A stretch of DNA of 64,000 nucleotides from contig CAWGKG010000007.1 of the NCBI GenBank assembly GCA_963823035.1, positions 1-64,000 on the forward strand, given 5' to 3'. Numbering within the stretch: the first letter of the stretch is position 1; the number at the start of each line of letters is the position of its first letter. The translations under genes were made by a program, and so were the position numbers. This DNA is from an uncultured Gemmatimonadales bacterium. GTDB taxonomy: Bacteria; Gemmatimonadota; Gemmatimonadetes; Longimicrobiales; Gaopeijiaceae. A model generated the notes under the pieces. The model searched no databases, had not been told where the DNA came from, and saw only the letters and a list, made by a program, of their open reading frames with translations. This document shows positions 58,787 to 64,000 of the stretch, in pieces.

Positions 58787-59299
58787 ATGGAAGAGCACCA
58801 CAACCACACGAGTCCACCCGAGCCCTCGTTGGAGGACTTCGAGCGGGCACGAGCGCTCCCGCCCCCGGCCTTCCCGCCCGGATTCCGGCGGGTGAGCGTC
58901 CGACGAGGGCTGGAGCGGCGGGGGCCACGGGGGAGGGCTCGCGTGCGGGCCATCGAGGACGCCTACCTCGCGGGCGAACCCTTCATCTCTCCCGACGAGC
59001 CCATCCCGCATCGCCAGCCGCGATCCGGGTCCCACGATGACGAGGACATCGACCCGGACGACGTCGTGGTCACGGGGATGGGGGACGATGCGCACCTCGA
59101 GCCGGAGGCGCTGGGCCTGATGAAGGACCCGGACGTCGTCGCCCTCACGGAGCAGGTCGTCGCCCTCGCCGAAGGGCTTCGCTTGCGGGGGGAGGACAGC
59201 CTGCGCGAGCATCCCGGGATGTCCCGCTTCGAGGCGACGCTGCGCGCCTACTGCACGGGCTACCTGAGGGGGCGGCGCGCCGACGAGGAGCGCTCCTGA
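58787..59299 (+). CDS. Hypothetical protein
   Basis: ORF with host-like codon usage, RBS GGAG, upstream TATATT and downstream hairpin 59303-59336. Confidence 0.65.
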   Translation: MEEHHNHTSPPEPSLEDFERARALPPPAFPPGFRRVSVRRGLERRGPRGRARVRAIEDAYLAGEPFISPDEPIPHRQPRSGSHDDEDIDPDDVVVTGMGDDAHLEPEALGLMKDPDVVALTEQVVALAEGLRLRGEDSLREHPGMSRFEATLRAYCTGYLRGRRADEERS

Positions 59300-59410
59300 G
59301 CGCGACGGGGCTCGCCGACCCGGGCGGGCTCCGTCGATCGTCCCCACGACCTCCCGATCATGCGCCCGGACGGGTGGACGGGACCGGCCGTCGTCGCGAT
59401 CTTCGGCCGC

Positions 59411-59484
<74 letters not shown>

Positions 59485-59565
59485 TTCTCATCGCCGCGAT
59501 GGATGAGGTCATGATCTCTCCAGCCGAGCGCAAGCTGAAACCCCTCAGGCCGGCCCCGTGGGCGC

Positions 59566-61083
59566 ATGCACGCGGCCCGACCCGGGAGTGACGGGAACCC
59601 GGTGAGCCCGGCGTCCCGGGGGCTGCTTCCCGGCCTCTTCCTCGCGGTGGCCGTGGCGTTCGCGGTGCTCGCCGTGAACCGCCACTGGCTGCTTCCCTCC
59701 CTGGACGCGACGGGCGTGCGCTACCTTGCGGCGACGCCCCAGCTGGCCGCCGGGGCTCTCCCCGCCATCCCCATCGCGCCCTGGGACGCGGACAACGGCG
59801 CTTCGGGGCTCGACGGGCGCGGCACCCTCATGCCGATCGTGATGGCGGCCCTGATGAGCGCCGGTGGCGCCCGCGCCTACGTGGTCGGGCTCTGGGTGCT
59901 CGCCGGGGCAGCCGCCCTCGCGGTGCTCGCGTTGGCCTGGACCGTGGGGGGAGCGGCCGGTGCCGGAGGGGCCGCCCTCGCCGGGGGACTCGTTGCGCTG
60001 GCGCCCTTCACGCTGGATGCGGCCACCTCCCTGCAGCCGTCGCTCCTCCTGGGCGCCCTGACGGCGGTCATGATCGGCACGATGGCTTACCAGCCCCGCT
60101 GGCACGCTGCCCACGGCTTCCTCGCGGCCCTCGCGTGGCTCGCACATCCGGCGGGGGTAGGGGCCGTCGCGGCCGCGGTGGTCTGGCCGGCAGCGCAACC
60201 GCATCGCGGGCGATGGCGAGGGCGCGCACTCCTCGCCGCCGCTCCGGCGGCCGTCCTCCTCGCGCTGGGAGCCCGCTGGCCGCTGCTCGCCCCGCCCACG
60301 AGTTCCCCGTCCCTCCGGGCCCTCGGGGACGCGCTCAACGAGCTCGCAGGGGCCGCCGTGCCGTTCGCGCGGGGGGGGTGGACCACCACTACGGCCCCGA
60401 TCCTTCTCGCGAGCGTGGGCGCCCTGGCGGTGGCCGAGGCGCGCGCGACCCCCGAGCCTCCGGCCGCGCCCCACTGGTCCGAGCCGGCGGCGATGGACCT
60501 TCTGGCGATGCGCTTCCGGCGAGCGACCGGCGTCGTGGCCCTCGCGTCCCTCGTGGCGACGGCCTGGGGCGGGCGCGTGCCGGGGAGCTGGCTACCTGCC
60601 GCCTTCCTCGTCCTCGCCCTTGGCGCCGCGGTGTCGGTGCGTTGGAAGCGTCGGCTGCGGGGACCTCTAGGGTGGGTGCCGCTCGTCCTCCTCCTGCTCT
60701 GGGGGACGGCCGCGGCGTGGACCTCGCGGGCCAGGCTGGTGGAGCTCCGTGCGGAGGGGAGAGGCGCAACCGCGAGCGTCTGGGTGGAGTCTCCCGTGAT
60801 CCGCTGGATCGACAACCGCTCGCGGCCCTACGCCGAGATCTACGCCACCGACCCGGCCCTGGTCCTGGTACAGTCGGGACGCGGCGCACGAACGCTCCCG
60901 GCCGAGGGAGAGGAGCTCGCCGCGTTCGCCCGCCACTTCTCGGCCCACCCGGGCGCGGTCGTACTCACGCGACCCCACGACGGCGAGGCACGGGCGCGGG
61001 AGCTGACCACGCTGTTGGGGCTGCGCGAGGTGGTTCGCGTCGACGAGGGACGCATCCTCGTCCCCGCGGACTCACTCCCCTGA
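59566..61083 (+). CDS. Multi-pass membrane protein (possibly GT-C glycosyltransferase-like; start may be 59602)
   Basis: Many hydrophobic helices and a soluble C-terminal domain. Confidence 0.65.
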   Translation: MHAARPGSDGNPVSPASRGLLPGLFLAVAVAFAVLAVNRHWLLPSLDATGVRYLAATPQLAAGALPAIPIAPWDADNGASGLDGRGTLMPIVMAALMSAGGARAYVVGLWVLAGAAALAVLALAWTVGGAAGAGGAALAGGLVALAPFTLDAATSLQPSLLLGALTAVMIGTMAYQPRWHAAHGFLAALAWLAHPAGVGAVAAAVVWPAAQPHRGRWRGRALLAAAPAAVLLALGARWPLLAPPTSSPSLRALGDALNELAGAAVPFARGGWTTTTAPILLASVGALAVAEARATPEPPAAPHWSEPAAMDLLAMRFRRATGVVALASLVATAWGGRVPGSWLPAAFLVLALGAAVSVRWKRRLRGPLGWVPLVLLLLWGTAAAWTSRARLVELRAEGRGATASVWVESPVIRWIDNRSRPYAEIYATDPALVLVQSGRGARTLPAEGEELAAFARHFSAHPGAVVLTRPHDGEARARELTTLLGLREVVRVDEGRILVPADSLP

Positions 61084-61084
61084 C

Positions 61085-63319
61085 CTACGTCGCTCCGGGC
61101 TGGCCGTCGCCGAAGGGATCCATCCGCCAGCCGACATAGCGCGCCAGAGCGGAGGCCGCCCGGTCGCCGCGCCTGAAGGTGGGGATGCCGGCGCTCTCCA
61201 GGTCGCGCACGAAGGCATCGTACCCGGGCCCGCCGTCCACGGCCGCGACCCACGCCTTGGGGCATCGCGCACGCAGCGCACCCAGGCCGGCGGCGAGCCC
61301 TCCCTTTCGCTCGACCCCATCGCCCGGTCCCACGACGGACCGGAGAGCCGGCGTGAGCGGAACGCACCCAACCACGCCGACGTCCACGCCTTCGTCCTCC
61401 AGCATGGCCTCCGCGGCCCGCAGGAAGGCGTCGTCGTCGAAGATCGGGGTCACGTCCATCGGGTTCCGGGGCGCGACGATTCCCTCGAGCCCGCACGCGG
61501 CCACGAGGCGCGCGAGCGTCTCCGCGGTCGCCGCCCCGGGCGGACCGATGTCGAGCCCGATCGCGCCGTCCGCGAGCACGACGCACTCGAAGCCCGCGTT
61601 CGAAAGGGCCCCCAGGCGTCTGCCGACGCCTCGACCGTCGAGGAGCGTGGCGACGCGGACGAGGTCCTCGAAGTCGTCGAGGCGATCCGCGACCAGCACG
61701 CCCGCGGCGCGCGCGAGGTCCCGCGTGAGCCCGTAGTCGCCCGCCAACGACGCGGTGTGCGACACGGCCGCCTCCGCGCCGCGTGCCGTTCGCCCGGCTC
61801 GGTACAGCACGACCGCGCGTCCCTCCTCGGCCAGACGGCGCGCCACGCGCAGGAAGCGCCGGCCATCGAGCGGGCGGAATCCCTCCACGTAGCACGCGAA
61901 CACACGCACGTCGGCGTCGTCCGCCAGGTGCTCGAGGTACTCTCCGACCGTGACGTCGAGCTGGTTGCCGACGGTCACGACGTAGCGGGGGTCGAGCCAG
62001 GGAAGGGCGCTCGCCCGCGCGATCGCGAAGGCCCCGCTCTGCGAGATGAGCGCCACGGGATGGGGGGGTCCCCCGGGGAAGGCCAGGCGCGCCCGCGGGA
62101 TGAACAGCGTATCGTAGCCGCCGGGGTGCGACCGGATGCCGAGGCAGTTCCCCCCGTTGAGGACCGGAGCCTCGTCACCGGCGGCGGCGAGCAGCGCGCG
62201 CACGCCCGCGGCACCCTCCTCGTTGGCGCCCGCCTCGCCGAGTCCGCCCGATACGAGAAGGATGGAGCGGGCGCGCCGGCCCTCCACCACCCGCTCGAGG
62301 AGGGGCGGAACGTCGGCGGCTGGCACGCTCACCACCAGCAGATCGACGTCGGTCCCGAGCGCCTCCACGTCCGGGACGCAGACGCACCCGTCCAGCGTGT
62401 CCAGGCCGGCCTTGACCACCCGTACGTCGTCCGGCGGGTAGCCCATGGCCAGGAGGTTGCGGAGGATCGAGCGGCCGGGGCCGTCGCCGCGGGAGACCCC
62501 CACGAGCGCGATCGAGCGGGGGAGGAGGAGCGCTTCGAATCCCCTGCGTCTCGCGGGGTGCATCGGACGGGGGACGAGGACGCCCGGCGTCGACGAGGCG
62601 TCGGGGATGCGCGCCAGCACGTCGAGGGCGACCGGCCTGCCCCCCGCGAGGACGAGCGGATTGATCTCGATCTCCGTCACCAGAGCGGGGACGGCCACCT
62701 CGGCGAGCTTCCCGAAGCGCCGCACGGCCTCCGCCAGGGTTTGGGCGGAGGCCCGTCCGGGGCGCCCACGCGTGGTGCCGAGCGCGAGCGGGGCGAAGGG
62801 CCACGCGGCGAGAGCGCGCTCCGACCCCGGCGTCAGGTGCAGCACCGCGCCGCGCCCGTCCATGAGCGCGGCCATCGCCTCCGCGTCCACGCCGCCCGGC
62901 CCGATCGACACCACGGTCCCGAACTCCGCGGACCAACGGGCACCGAGCAGGAGCTCGCCACCCGGATCCCGGTCGTGATGGATCCAGGCCTGAACGGCCC
63001 ACCGCCCGCCGTGCCCGGCCCCCAGCTCGCGGGCCGTGCGGCGCACCATGGCCGAGGTGCGCGGGACCACGCGTACGCCCCCGACCTCCGTCCGGTGCGC
63101 GACGTCGAGCCGCTTGACCACGACCCGGTCTCCCGGGAGGGCGTCGAGGTCGAGCTCCGGGCCCGAACCGACCAGCACCTGCATCACGGGTGTGCCCCAG
63201 CCCATCAGGTCGAGGACCGGGAAGAGCTCCGCCTCGCCCAGCGTGGTGCGACCCGCCCGCCGCGCCGCGTGCACGGCCCGTGCGAGCACCTCGACCGCTC
63301 CCTCCACCCAGCGCTCCAA
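61085..63319 (-). CDS. Acetate/acyl-CoA ligase (ADP-forming) family, ATP-grasp + CoA-binding fusion
   Basis: HRTEVGGV and EIEINP (ATP-grasp), then PRSIALVG, GGNCLG, ISQSG and phospho-His motif AAVSHTASLAG. Confidence 0.88.
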   Translation of the reverse strand: MERWVEGAVEVLARAVHAARRAGRTTLGEAELFPVLDLMGWGTPVMQVLVGSGPELDLDALPGDRVVVKRLDVAHRTEVGGVRVVPRTSAMVRRTARELGAGHGGRWAVQAWIHHDRDPGGELLLGARWSAEFGTVVSIGPGGVDAEAMAALMDGRGAVLHLTPGSERALAAWPFAPLALGTTRGRPGRASAQTLAEAVRRFGKLAEVAVPALVTEIEINPLVLAGGRPVALDVLARIPDASSTPGVLVPRPMHPARRRGFEALLLPRSIALVGVSRGDGPGRSILRNLLAMGYPPDDVRVVKAGLDTLDGCVCVPDVEALGTDVDLLVVSVPAADVPPLLERVVEGRRARSILLVSGGLGEAGANEEGAAGVRALLAAAGDEAPVLNGGNCLGIRSHPGGYDTLFIPRARLAFPGGPPHPVALISQSGAFAIARASALPWLDPRYVVTVGNQLDVTVGEYLEHLADDADVRVFACYVEGFRPLDGRRFLRVARRLAEEGRAVVLYRAGRTARGAEAAVSHTASLAGDYGLTRDLARAAGVLVADRLDDFEDLVRVATLLDGRGVGRRLGALSNAGFECVVLADGAIGLDIGPPGAATAETLARLVAACGLEGIVAPRNPMDVTPIFDDDAFLRAAEAMLEDEGVDVGVVGCVPLTPALRSVVGPGDGVERKGGLAAGLGALRARCPKAWVAAVDGGPGYDAFVRDLESAGIPTFRRGDRAASALARYVGWRMDPFGDGQPGAT

Positions 63320-63334
63320 CCCGGTGCCCCGACG

Positions 63335-63922
63335 TCAGTGCGTCGTGGGCACCACCGCGGCCGCCGCTCCGGCCGCGAAAGCGCGCAGGTTCATCTCCAC
63401 GAGCTTCTCCCCCTTCGCCGTGAAGAACGCCGCCACGCACGTCTCGAGGTTGGAGGTGGAGAGGGGCAGCCAGGCCGCCGCGGCCCCGATCAGGACCACG
63501 TTGTTCGCATGACCGCTCCCCGCCTCACGGGCGATCGGATCCGCGTCCACGACCACGGCATGGGGCAAGGAATGGAGCGCCGCGAGGAGGTCCTCCATGG
63601 CGGGATAGTCGGGGATGTTCCGCACCGGGCTCGCGGAGGTGACGAGCATGCCCTCCGTCGAGAGGTAGGGGAGCCAACGCAGGGCCTCCAACGGCTCGAG
63701 GCTCAGGATCATCTCCGCGCTCCCGTGCGCGATCAGGTCGCTGGCCACCGGATGGTCGGCCATGCGCAGGTTGGCCGTGACGGCCCCACCGCGCTGGCTC
63801 ATCCCGTGCACCTCGCCCTGTTTGACCGTGAGCCCCTCGCGCCGCCCCGCCTCCGCCAGGATGGCGGCGGCGGTGAGCACGCCCTGGCCGCCCACGCCGC
63901 TCAGCACGATGTCGAGCTTCAC
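63335..63922 (-). CDS. iorB: Indolepyruvate:ferredoxin oxidoreductase beta subunit
   Basis: GVGGQG, EVHGMSQRGGAV and EPLEALR. Confidence 0.92.
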   Translation of the reverse strand: MKLDIVLSGVGGQGVLTAAAILAEAGRREGLTVKQGEVHGMSQRGGAVTANLRMADHPVASDLIAHGSAEMILSLEPLEALRWLPYLSTEGMLVTSASPVRNIPDYPAMEDLLAALHSLPHAVVVDADPIAREAGSGHANNVVLIGAAAAWLPLSTSNLETCVAAFFTAKGEKLVEMNLRAFAAGAAAAVVPTTH

Positions 63923-64000
63923 CTTTCCCCTCCGTTCTCTTGCCGACGGGCCTTCTTCTCCTTGCGCGCCGCCTCGATGCACGCGCGGGCAGCCACGATC
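63919..64000 (-). CDS. iorA: 3' end of probable IorA alpha subunit (truncated by window)
   Basis: IVAARACIEAARKEKKARRQENGGER*, with a GTGA overlap with the iorB start. Call rests on position and the ARAC motif. Confidence 0.6.
   Translation of the reverse strand, partial: IVAARACIEAARKEKKARRQENGGER

Overview
High-GC bacterial chromosome segment. The gene order (mcsA-mcsB-clpC-bamA-skp-lpxD-lpxC/fabZ-lpxA...) and protein families suggest Gemmatimonadota, which is an inference. It opens with the end of an rRNA operon: a divergent partial 23S copy precedes a complete 23S and a 5S. A long + strand housekeeping block follows (era, rnr, prfB with its programmed frameshift, lysS, lolCE/D, mcsA/mcsB/clpC, bamA/skp, lipid A genes, nadB, rlmH, bshC, murJ, uvrC, gltX) up to tRNA-Gly(CCC). 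About 8 kb of accessory DNA lies after that tRNA. First is a ~1.8 kb collapsed integrative element (decayed tyrosine integrase, 3' fragment of type I-C cas7, leader, one-spacer CRISPR mini-array, attR-like copy of the tRNA anticodon arm). Then come a tRNA-Val 3'-half relic and a receptor Ser/Thr kinase + small lipoprotein pair converging on a metzincin lipoprotein + CxxC lipoprotein pair. Core genes then resume (M23 peptidase, DUF512, der, plsY, gpsA, merR, surE, pcm, yqaA, tRNA-Arg, acyl-CoA synthetase, iorB/iorA). About a dozen frameshifts in core genes are most likely long-read indel errors. All calls come from reading the sequence; no database searches were run.
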